Positions 51,236 to 59,889 of a stretch of DNA of 64,000 nt are shown here, in pieces. Under the pieces are notes generated by a model. That model had not been told where the DNA came from and searched no databases. It was given only the letters and a program-made list of their open reading frames with translations. The stretch is from Chthoniobacterales bacterium (GTDB lineage: Bacteria; Verrucomicrobiota; Verrucomicrobiia; Chthoniobacterales; DYNR01): contig JAOAAX010000002.1 of the NCBI GenBank assembly GCA_026418675.1, forward strand, positions 76,719-140,718, written 5' to 3'. The position numbers were made by a program, and so were the translations under genes. Every line of letters begins with the position of its first letter. The stretch's first letter is position 1.

Positions 51236-52197
51236 GCGTAACTTATCTGGAGGCAATTCGGGCAGCTCAGGAAAAAGCTTTGCGAGAAGACCCACGTGTT
51301 TTCATTTACGGACAGGATGTGGGAGAGTTTGGTGGAGCATTCAAAGCCACAAAAAATCTTGCCAAGCTTTTCCCCGGGCGCGTTTTCGACTCGCCAATTA
51401 GCGAAGATGCGATCGTTGGAGTAGCTGTTGGAGCTGCTATCGAGGGCATGCGCCCCATCGTCGAAATGCAGTATGCCGACTTTTCAACTTGTGGCTTTAA
51501 TCAAATCGTAAATCAGGCTGCTACTTTATTCTACCGAACGGGTGTAAAGTGCCCGATAGTTATTCGCATGCCGAGTGGCGGAACTGCGGGGGCTGGTCCT
51601 TTCCATAGCCAAAGCATGGAAGCAATTTATGCGCACTATCCCGGATTGATCATTATGACTCCTGGAACGGTCGAGGACGCCTATTCGATGCTCCTCGAAG
51701 CTGTCCAAATAGAAGACCCAGTTCTCTTTTTTGAACATAAGTTTCTCTACTATCATCTCAAGGCTCCCGCATTGCCTACAGAAGCGTTACCTGCAGGGAA
51801 AGCTCGTATAGCTCGAGCCGGTCGAGATGCAACGATCGTTACCTACAGTGCAATGCTTCATGAATCTCTTGCTGCAGCCGAAATTTTGCTCGAAGACGGT
51901 TACGAGTTGGAGGTGCTGGATTTGAGGACTGTTAAACCGCTCGATACGGACTCAATCCTTGCTAGTGTTGCAAGAACTGGCCGTTTGCTTGTTGTAAGCG
52001 AGGCTTGGCCGTGGGGTGGGGTGGCTGCTGAAGTAATTGCGCGTGTGGCTTCCGAAGGGCTCGAATTGCTGGATGCACCTCCTGCCCGTATCAATGCACT
52101 CGATACTCCCATCCCTTATCATCCCAATCTCTGGGCTGCTCATCGTCCAACAGCAGCCACAATCGCTCAAGCTGCTCGAAAATTACTCGAGCTATAA
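51232..52197 (+). CDS. 2-oxoacid dehydrogenase E1 component, beta subunit
   Basis: YGQDVGEFGGAFKATKNL...FDSPISEDAIVG and a transketolase-C-like C-terminus. The start overlaps the alpha-subunit stop (ATGA). Confidence 0.92.
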   Translation: MSVTYLEAIRAAQEKALREDPRVFIYGQDVGEFGGAFKATKNLAKLFPGRVFDSPISEDAIVGVAVGAAIEGMRPIVEMQYADFSTCGFNQIVNQAATLFYRTGVKCPIVIRMPSGGTAGAGPFHSQSMEAIYAHYPGLIIMTPGTVEDAYSMLLEAVQIEDPVLFFEHKFLYYHLKAPALPTEALPAGKARIARAGRDATIVTYSAMLHESLAAAEILLEDGYELEVLDLRTVKPLDTDSILASVARTGRLLVVSEAWPWGGVAAEVIARVASEGLELLDAPPARINALDTPIPYHPNLWAAHRPTAATIAQAARKLLEL

Positions 52198-52211
52198 CAA
52201 CTTGCCATCCC

Positions 52212-53429
52212 ATGCACAAAGTTCCCATCACGATGCCCCAACTTGGTGAGTCTATTGCCGAAGCAACTGTTGTTCGGATGCTCTATCAGCCAGGCGATGA
52301 AGTTTCTGCCGATGCTGAAGTTTTAGAGGTAGAAACTAACAAAGCAACGATGGCGGTAACTGCGCCATGCGCAGGGAAAGTTGAGTCCTGGCTTGCAGAA
52401 ATAGGAAAGAGTTACGCCGTTGGCTCAACGCTTGGTTTTATCCTCGCTACTGAAGCAGAGGCGAAAAGGTTGGGCTTATCTTCAACCGAACCTTCCTCCT
52501 TTTCGAACTACGAGTCGGGGAAACATTCTGCAGAAACATCCTCAAAAAGCATACCTTGGAACGTTTCGCCGGGAGAAGTTAAACCAACTATCCGTGGGCT
52601 TCCGGTTCCTGCCCAAGCGACGGGTGCGAGCTATCTTTCGCCCCGTATGAAAGCCCGCATGACGGAGTTGGGCCTGCATGCTGCTGATCTCGCAGGGATT
52701 GCCGGAAGCGGAGCAGGCGGGCGTGTAACGATCGAAGACCTCGAACGCTTTCTCGAAGATATTGAACGCAACCGTATTACTCCTGCTTCTTCCATGCGAG
52801 TCGCAGTTGCTGATGCGATGCGGAGAAGCTGGACCCGCCCCCTTGCAACAGTCGTTTTGCCGGTGGCTATGGATCGGATGCTCGAGCACAGGCGCACACT
52901 CGAGACCCGACCGGGGCCTACTCTTTATGCTCTTCGGGCTTTAGCCATTGCCCTTGGCGAAAACAGTGCTCCTGCTGGTAGGCTCGTTGGCGGCAGAATC
53001 GTCCATCCACGTTCGATTGACATCGGTTTTGCTGTGGAAGCAGAGGATGGAGTTTTGGTTCCGGTGATCCGGAATGCAGACCAGTCACGCCTTGAAGAAC
53101 TCGCTCCCCGTTATGAGCGTCTGGTTGAGCTTGCCCGCCAACGTCGTTTGCCTCCAGGTGAAACAGGTGGTTCCATCGCAACAATTACGAATTACGGAGT
53201 TTTCGGTCTTACACTTGCCACCCCCATTCCCTTGCCCGAACAAACCATCCTCCTTGGGATGGGAGCTGGTCAGGTTGTCCCACGATGGAACAAACAGAAG
53301 GCCATCTTTGAACCAGTTACAGAAGCCGCCTTTACTTTGAGTTTCGATCACCGCGTTCTGGACGGCGGTGCTGCCGGTCGTCTGCTTGCCAGAGTTGCGG
53401 AACTCCTCAACAACCCTGAAGTTCTTTAG
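52212..53429 (+). CDS. dihydrolipoamide acyltransferase (E2) component
   Basis: Single lipoyl domain (LEVETNKATMAVTAPCAGKV), an E3-binding-like segment (SPRMKARMTELGL) and the catalytic FDHRVLDGGAAGRLL. Confidence 0.9.
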   Translation: MHKVPITMPQLGESIAEATVVRMLYQPGDEVSADAEVLEVETNKATMAVTAPCAGKVESWLAEIGKSYAVGSTLGFILATEAEAKRLGLSSTEPSSFSNYESGKHSAETSSKSIPWNVSPGEVKPTIRGLPVPAQATGASYLSPRMKARMTELGLHAADLAGIAGSGAGGRVTIEDLERFLEDIERNRITPASSMRVAVADAMRRSWTRPLATVVLPVAMDRMLEHRRTLETRPGPTLYALRALAIALGENSAPAGRLVGGRIVHPRSIDIGFAVEAEDGVLVPVIRNADQSRLEELAPRYERLVELARQRRLPPGETGGSIATITNYGVFGLTLATPIPLPEQTILLGMGAGQVVPRWNKQKAIFEPVTEAAFTLSFDHRVLDGGAAGRLLARVAELLNNPEVL

Positions 53430-53532
53430 CAAAAGTTCGACTCTAAGAGACTCTCGAACCCAACTTACGAAGAAGAAAGGAATATTTTTTCAGAGAAGAG
53501 AGTTTTATCTTTTAAAAAGCTTTTGACTTACT

Positions 53533-53961
53533 ATGCAAGTTGGGAAGGTGCTTCCTTGGTTGTTTGCGGTTTGTTTTTTTTTACATTCCTCATGTTCCAA
53601 TTCCTCGGATGCAGCCAATGCGGAGGCCTGTGTGCGAGAAAATCTTGCTGCTTTGGAAAAAGCTGATGAAGGTGCTTATCTGGCGACTTTGCATCCTGCC
53701 TCACCTGTTATTCCATCTTTGCTCAATGGTTTCCGAAAACTGGAGCAATATCCTCTAAGTTGCCAGACGGAATTCGTTCGATGGAGAGGACAACAGGGAG
53801 AATTTGGTTACGTTGAAGTTCGCCAAGCTGTCCGCTCCACCGAGGGAAACAATAATTTTCCTCCCAAAAAAATCTTCGGACGTTACCTTTTAAAAAAGGA
53901 CAATGCAGTTTGGAAAGTGTGGGACATCCAAACACTCGACATTTGGCAAGAAAATTTATAA
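53533..53961 (+). CDS. small secreted protein or lipoprotein, NTF2-like fold suspected (hypothetical)
   Basis: Signal sequence ending LHSSC (lipobox-like). 142 aa; no confident family. Confidence 0.45.
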   Translation: MQVGKVLPWLFAVCFFLHSSCSNSSDAANAEACVRENLAALEKADEGAYLATLHPASPVIPSLLNGFRKLEQYPLSCQTEFVRWRGQQGEFGYVEVRQAVRSTEGNNNFPPKKIFGRYLLKKDNAVWKVWDIQTLDIWQENL

Positions 53962-53984
53962 AAATTAACGGTCATCTATTGTCC

Positions 53985-56778
53985 ATGGGAAAGCGTATCT
54001 GGTAATAAATCGTTCTGGGGCAAGAGAAGAGATAGAGCTGCCCAAAGGGGAAAGTTAATTGGACGAATCTTGCTTTCCGGTAAGTTACAGTGAAACTTAT
54101 CTTTCGGTTTGTTTTAATGAAACATTTGGCGAATGGGTTGCAAATTCAAAAGGTCCGCTAATAGATAACAAAGAAGTTTCCAACTACGTTCTCCAGCACA
54201 GGGATGTTTTATCGAACCCAAAATTTGGTGCGGTTTATCTTTATGAGTCGGATGTCCCATTAGTTGCAGGAAAACCCGTTCGCCAAATTCCTCTCAAAGG
54301 AGTGCGAAAAGTTTTCTTTGGCCGAGTCTCCACTAAAACAACAGCAGCCTCCAACCAATCGGCCAGCGAGGTTCGTGTGGATTTAGACAGTGCTATCAAA
54401 ACAATTTCGGAGGTTCATGCGGTTGTTTTTCGAAATGGGAAGCGTTGGCGTAAATATATTGAAAATAGAAGCAAATCTCTAACCCTTCTTAATGGGAAAC
54501 AGGTTGGTGATTCAAATTTAACTGTTGGCAATTAATTTCAAAAAGGGCCCTATGCTTTTCAATTCGACGGCAAAACGATTACGCAGTGTCCATTGACGGG
54601 TGGTGCTAGCGTTCGCTGCGAACATCTTACTTTTGTTGGTGGTGGTAAAAAGATTTTGAATCCTACCAACTTGGAAATTCCTCCGAATTCTTTTGTTGGT
54701 ATTCTTGGGGGAAGTGGTTAGGGAAAATCAACTCTACTGAAGACACTGTGTGGGATTCAGTCTGCATCGAGTGGCAATGTGTATCTGGATGGGCGTCTCC
54801 TTCAGGCAGGAGCGAGTTCGTTAACTCGTGTTGGGTATGTTCCCCAAGACGATATTGTCCACCAGGAGCTGCGTGTGGAAGATGAAATAACCCTCTGTGC
54901 TCGGCTAAGACTGGGCACTGATGTTCCGATGGAGGAAATCCGGGCACTGGTTGATGACATAATTGACCGTTTAGGGCTCAAAAAGCACCGTCGTGAGCGA
55001 ATATGTCATCTTTCAAGGGGTCAACGAAAACGCGCTAGTATCTCGACTGAGCTTTTGGCTAATCCGGCTGTGTTGTTTTTGGATGAGCCTTCGTCGGGGT
55101 TGGACCCTGCCACGGAATATCCGTTGATGAAATTGTTGCGCATTTATCGGTCCAAGGTTGCACGATAATTTGCACAACTCATGTTTTGAGTCGGGCCTAT
55201 CTTTTCGACCGAATCCTCTTTATTCAAGGAGGAAGAATTGTATTCGACGGAACTCCTGACGAAGTGCTCGAGTATTTTGAGGTTCCAACGCTTGATCACG
55301 TTTACATAAAGCTCGATTCACTGAATAAAAGCTCGGAGGAGTGGCAAAATGATTTTTTAAATTGGAGAAAAAGCAAGCCTCAAACGAGTTTAAGTGCATC
55401 GGGGTCGGAAAGCTTGCAGGAATACCAGGAGAAAGGGGCCAGTAAGAAGAAAAAACAGGAACGACGTGGGGCAAGTTATGCTGGTTATTTTAAAGATCCA
55501 GCCGAATCGCCTTTGGAAAATTCTTTCATCCGATCCCCTAAATTTGATTTTTCTCTGTGCTCAGCCGCTGTTGATTGGGCTGTTGATTGGGCTGTTGGTT
55601 GGGTGGGTAGCGGAGGATTTTGTTTTGCGAATGTTTATGTGTGTAGTTGCAACTCTTTGGTTTGGATGCAGTAATGGAGCCCAACAAATTGTTCGGGAGC
55701 TACCCATTTTCCAGCGGGAGCGGGTATGTGGCCTTGGAATCCATTCCTATATTCAAAGTAAGTTGTTCTTTTTTTCTGGAATAACCATTCTTCAAGCTTT
55801 AGCGGTCTTGTTTTTTGCTCAACTTTCGGGCAACATTTTTTGCCTGCGGAATTATCGTTAGAGAAATTTCGCCAGCGTCTCGAAGAAGCGGCACTTCCAA
55901 AAGCAGTTGAGGCTGATGCTGCTGTTACGACTTTTTTGCTCTCGGTGAGAGCGAAAATTCTGAGCCGAAAGCGGAAATTACGCGATCCAAGGCCGAAAAT
56001 CATCTTGCTAAGCTTGAGATTACAATAACGTCAGCTATAGCTTCGTTTCTTGGCTGCAGAGAAAACTTGCAAGATTCTGCGGACGGAAGAATGCAGTCTT
56101 TGCGGAAGGCTTTCTTCTTTTCAACTGGTGGCAAAGTTTTAGCGCTTGCTGCCACGGCAATAATAGGAGTTTCGATTGGTTTGACGATTTCTGCCTACGT
56201 CCGGAATGGCACACAGGCGGTTATGTGGGTCCCCTTGGTTCTCATTCCCCAGATTCTTTTTGGTGGGTTTTGTTCTATCGCGTCCCGAATTGTCTCCTTT
56301 TGCAAGGTTTATTGCTTACCTAAACCCAAGTTATTCTTGCCAACGCATTCTCGACGTTTCGAATCTTTATGGACAAGCGGTTCCTCTAATGACCAACAGG
56401 ACAAAAATTCCTGTTTTTCTGACCCCAGGGGAGAAGGAGACCATTGAGTGGAAGATTACAGGGATTGGGAGTTTCCGGGAAAATTATGACAAAATTTCTC
56501 CGGTCAATACCTCTTGGCAAAATTTGCTAGCTATACCAACAGCGTTGGGGCAATATCGGAATGAGTTTGTAACACTGCAAACTGATACCGGCTCGGTTCG
56601 AAGGCTTTATTTGGATTCGCTTGAAGTTCGAAAAGATGTCCTTTACCGAAAAGTGGGTATTTATCGTTCCCTTGCCCCAGTTGCACGTTCGTTACTTGCT
56701 CTTGGAGGTTGGTTTATTTCCCTCTATGCGCTCACCTTTATTGCTTTAGCAGTTCGGAAAGCTAGTGGCGGGGACTGA
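53985..56778 (+). pseudogene. decayed FHA-domain ABC transporter (FHA + ABC ATPase + ABC-2 permease, ABCG-like)
   Basis: A continuous homologous reading requires at least 5 frameshifts and passes in-frame stops at 54056 (TAA), 54533 (TAA), 54719 (TAG, inside Walker A GILGGSG*GKSTLL) and 55859 (TAG). Recognisable pieces include LSRGQRKRASIS, VLFLDEPSSGLD, CTIICTTH, ATLWFGCSNGAQQIVRELPIFQRER and IPQILFGGF/VLSRPELSPFARFIAYLNP. Confidence 0.75.
55567..55602 (+). repeat. 12-bp tandem repeat x3 (GCTGTTGATTGG, GCTGTTGATTGG, GCTGTTGgTTGG)
   Basis: Read directly. It encodes LLIG-LLIG-LLVG within the first TM region of the pseudogene's permease part. Confidence 0.9.
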
Positions 56779-56781
56779 ATT

Positions 56782-57030
56782 CTAAGTCTTTTTTGCTTGT
56801 GGACTTAGTTTCCGATGTCCACAGCGGGGACATGTGACTATCTGTTGATTTTCAGAAACGTGATCTTGGTGCGGCAACCAAACCATACCACAGAGAGAAC
56901 ATTTTGTGTAGTAAGGGAGAGTTTTTTTCCTTTTTGGTGCTCCGAGGCGAAAAAGCGTGATTCCCAAAACAAGAATGCCCAGCTGAATTACCATACTGAT
57001 GAGAAGCAGAGCTGAATCGCCAAATTCCAC
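56782..57030 (-). CDS. small membrane-anchored zinc-ribbon protein (hypothetical)
   Basis: 82 aa with an N-terminal TM segment (LLLISMVIQLGILVLGITLF), then CSLCG-N18-CPRCG (four Cys). It begins 3 nt after the tonB-like stop. Confidence 0.5.
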   Translation of the reverse strand: MEFGDSALLLISMVIQLGILVLGITLFRLGAPKRKKTLPYYTKCSLCGMVWLPHQDHVSENQQIVTCPRCGHRKLSPQAKKT

Positions 57031-57033
57031 AGC

Positions 57034-57831
57034 TCAATTCATCTCAATTTCGTTGTTAGATTTATTCGGAGGCTCATTCCTAAAGACGGGAATTGCGTAA
57101 ACCCATCCCCAACAAAGTCCTGAATTTGACCGTTGGTTCGTAAAACATGATTTGCGGAGGTATTTCTCTATTAATTCGTCAAATTTTTCGGACCCGCTTT
57201 TTTTTATAAGGGAAATGAGAATTGGTCTGCCATCCTGTAGCGTTGCAATGAGAAAGAGTGGTGGTTCGATGGACGAGTTGAACAGCTCTTTGTCTAACCC
57301 TTCCATGCTCGTAGGGCCGGATAAGTTACCAATAAGCTTAAATTGGACAGAGAAGTTATTTAACTTTGATTTTGTGTTTTTTTCTGTTTTTTGTGGGATG
57401 GCAGAAGAGTAGAGGGGAGGATTTTCAACAAAGGGATAAGGAATCTTGGGTAGAATTTGTGGTATTGGAATTGGCAAGAGGGCGGGTTTTTCAGAATCAA
57501 AAGTTGGTTTGTATTGGGCTGGAGAAGAGATCGGAGGAAGGGAATCTCTTTCGTCGGCAGGGTCGAAGTATTCCATTTTGGGATCCAGAATGTTTGGAGG
57601 GATGGAATTCGCTAGAATTAGGGATGGGCTAGGTGTGGGAAGAATCGGGGGAGGAGATGCTTTGGGGGTAAGCAAAATCCAAGCAGGTAACTGAGTGGCG
57701 ATTGCTATGAGGATTGCAAAAAGAAGACCAAGAGGGAATTCCCGAGTTTCGGGAAGGTGAAAGATGGGGGTCAGCTTCTCACGGTTAACGGAGTGGGGTG
57801 ATGTCGTTTGATCTCGGTTCATCAGTTGCAA
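57034..57831 (-). CDS. TonB-family energy-transducer-like protein
   Basis: N-terminal TM anchor, a Pro-rich spacer (PKASPPPILPTPSPS), and a C-terminal segment resembling TonB_C (LQDGRPILISLIKKSGSEKFDELIEKYLRKSCF). Follows exbD. Confidence 0.6.
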   Translation of the reverse strand: MQLMNRDQTTSPHSVNREKLTPIFHLPETREFPLGLLFAILIAIATQLPAWILLTPKASPPPILPTPSPSLILANSIPPNILDPKMEYFDPADERDSLPPISSPAQYKPTFDSEKPALLPIPIPQILPKIPYPFVENPPLYSSAIPQKTEKNTKSKLNNFSVQFKLIGNLSGPTSMEGLDKELFNSSIEPPLFLIATLQDGRPILISLIKKSGSEKFDELIEKYLRKSCFTNQRSNSGLCWGWVYAIPVFRNEPPNKSNNEIEMN

Positions 57832-58210
57832 TAACTACTTGACATCCAGCTTCTAACCCCAAATTGCTGACTGCGATTACCAAGCCGTGCGGTGCTGTCT
57901 GATCGGCTTTCAAAATTAAAGTCCCTGGCTTGGATTTGGAACGAAATGCTTCGGTAAATTGTTCAAATGTCATCCTCCGGTTGGAATAAAGTATGCCAGG
58001 AGTGGGCAGACCGGTAATCCCTACAATGAGTGGATTTTGGACGTTTGAAAAATAGAACCGTGAGGTGGGCACCCTAATCTCGATTCCAGAGTAAAAAACT
58101 AAGACGGAACTGAGCGAGAAAAAAAGCGAAAAAAGGAGAGAAATGTCGAAAACGGAACAAATGAGGACAAGCCAGGGAGATGGTGGCAAAGCGCTCCGAT
58201 GCAATTTCAT
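57785..58210 (-). CDS. exbD: biopolymer transport protein ExbD/TolR
   Basis: 141 aa with one TM segment (VFDISLLFSLFF), then GIEIRVP...LILKADQTAPHGLVIAV, typical of ExbD. Confidence 0.8.
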   Translation of the reverse strand: MKLHRSALPPSPWLVLICSVFDISLLFSLFFSLSSVLVFYSGIEIRVPTSRFYFSNVQNPLIVGITGLPTPGILYSNRRMTFEQFTEAFRSKSKPGTLILKADQTAPHGLVIAVSNLGLEAGCQVVIATDEPRSNDITPLR

Positions 58211-58214
58211 TCGA

Positions 58215-58841
58215 TCACGCTGATGAATTTGCCAATTGCCGATTAATAAGCAGCCGGCCTATCTCGATTCCTGCCAGTTCCATCTCGCGAATAAATTGGT
58301 CCACGCGTGCACTAAGTAAACAATGAGCGAGATAGGCTGGGATACAGACGCATAGAGCAGCCGCCGTGGTAATTAGACTTTGATACATTCCCATGGCGAG
58401 ATCTGAGGAAGTTGTAATTCCCCCTTGGATCGAGAGTTGTTGAAAAACGTCCAGCATTCCCAGCGCTGTTCCAAGCAAACCAAGTAATGGAGCGGTAAGA
58501 ATCATTGCTGAAAGCAGGCGAAGGTTTTTCTCCAACTTTGCAACTTCCAATTGAGCAGCTTCAGAAGCTGTTGCACGAATTTCTTCCGGTGGAGCTTTGT
58601 ATTGGAGCAAGACGGAATGTGCGACTCGTGCAACAGGCCCGCTCAAGGTGGCGCACTCTTCAAGAGCTTCCGAGAGATTGCCGCGGTCAATCAGGTTTGC
58701 AAGCCCGCGGAGAAAATCGCCCGTATGGATAGAGATTCTGTGATAATAGACTATCCTCTCTAAAAAAACTCCCAAAGCACAGGCTCCCGTTGCTGCAATC
58801 AGCCACATTACAGGACCGCCTTTTTGAAATAGCTCCAGCAT
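58215..58841 (-). CDS. exbB: MotA/TolQ/ExbB proton-channel protein
   Basis: 208 aa with three TM segments and the conserved region LSAMILTAPLLGLLGTALGM. Confidence 0.88.
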   Translation of the reverse strand: MLELFQKGGPVMWLIAATGACALGVFLERIVYYHRISIHTGDFLRGLANLIDRGNLSEALEECATLSGPVARVAHSVLLQYKAPPEEIRATASEAAQLEVAKLEKNLRLLSAMILTAPLLGLLGTALGMLDVFQQLSIQGGITTSSDLAMGMYQSLITTAAALCVCIPAYLAHCLLSARVDQFIREMELAGIEIGRLLINRQLANSSA

Positions 58842-58965
58842 TTCCTAAAAATTCTTTTGAAGTGGATAAGGTGTAAAAGGAAGTTGCAGGAATTTCAACT
58901 TGAGAGCCAATGCGAAACAAAATTCTTCGATTGCTACAGGAGGTAATCTCTCCAAAATTATAACT

Positions 58966-59889
58966 ATGCCTAAACCACCTGCTCTTGGTAAAGGATTAGG
59001 AGCTCTAATTCCCGGCCGCTCATCGGCAGGTAATACTATTCCAAGCAACAACAATACAGATACTTTCTACTCCGGGCAGGTCCTACAAATCCCAATTGAA
59101 AAGATTTTACCGTCACCTCTTCAGCCAAGAACGGAATTTCCCGAAAACAAGTTTGAGGAGCTGGTGGAATCCATTCGGCAACGGGGAGTTTTGCAGCCGT
59201 TACTGGTTCGCCCTCAGTTGGGCCAACAGGATACTTACGAATTAATTGCGGGAGAGCGGCGGTGGCGAGCAGCGAAAGCAGCCGGTCTCAGTTCAGTGCC
59301 GGCTATTGTGCGTCAAGCTACCGATCGGGAGGTTCTTGAAATAGCTTTAATTGAAAATCTCCAACGCGAAGACCTGAATCCCATCGAAGAAGCAAATGCT
59401 TATGCTAGGCTCTGCAAGGAATTTTCGCTGACTCAAGAGGAAGTGGCCCGTCGCGTAGGCAAGAATCGTTCTACAATTGCAAACTCGCTCCGTTTATTAG
59501 AATTAGCCCCGCCCGTTCAAGATCTTCTGCGCAAAGGCTTCCTCTCAACCGGGCATGCCAAGGCAATTCTTTCCCTCAAAAATCACGAGCAACAGCAGTT
59601 GCTGGCAAAAAAAATTATTAATGATGGTGCCTCAGTTCGCGTTGCAGAAAAGCTTGCTGCTTCAATTTCCAGCAAAAATCAACCTTCCAAAAAAAATTCC
59701 TCTACCAAAGTTCTTCTCCGCCCGGCTGCGGACATCCAAAGAATCGAACAGATGCTTCGGGAGCATCTTTCTACGCGCGTAGTCGTATCAAAAAAAGGAG
59801 TTTCTGGAACAATTCATATAGATTTCTTCGACGATCATGACCTCAACCGAATCCTCCGACTCATTGGTATCCCTTTCGATGACGGATAA
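58966..59889 (+). CDS. parB: chromosome partitioning protein ParB
   Basis: LGKGLGALIP, ELIAGERRWRAAKAAGL (CTP-binding box) and an HTH segment (LTQEEVARRVGKNRSTIANSLRLL). ATG 58966 is preferred over the ORF-track start 58900. Confidence 0.9.
   Translation: MPKPPALGKGLGALIPGRSSAGNTIPSNNNTDTFYSGQVLQIPIEKILPSPLQPRTEFPENKFEELVESIRQRGVLQPLLVRPQLGQQDTYELIAGERRWRAAKAAGLSSVPAIVRQATDREVLEIALIENLQREDLNPIEEANAYARLCKEFSLTQEEVARRVGKNRSTIANSLRLLELAPPVQDLLRKGFLSTGHAKAILSLKNHEQQQLLAKKIINDGASVRVAEKLAASISSKNQPSKKNSSTKVLLRPAADIQRIEQMLREHLSTRVVVSKKGVSGTIHIDFFDDHDLNRILRLIGIPFDDG

Noticed and set aside
54056-54721. In-frame TAA/TAA/TAG within the FHA-ABC reading frame as possible stop-codon reassignment or programmed read-through.
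   Set aside because: TAA, TAG and TGA all terminate the conserved genes of this window at the expected positions. The same locus also carries several frameshifts and a damaged signature motif. Pseudogenisation is the simpler explanation.
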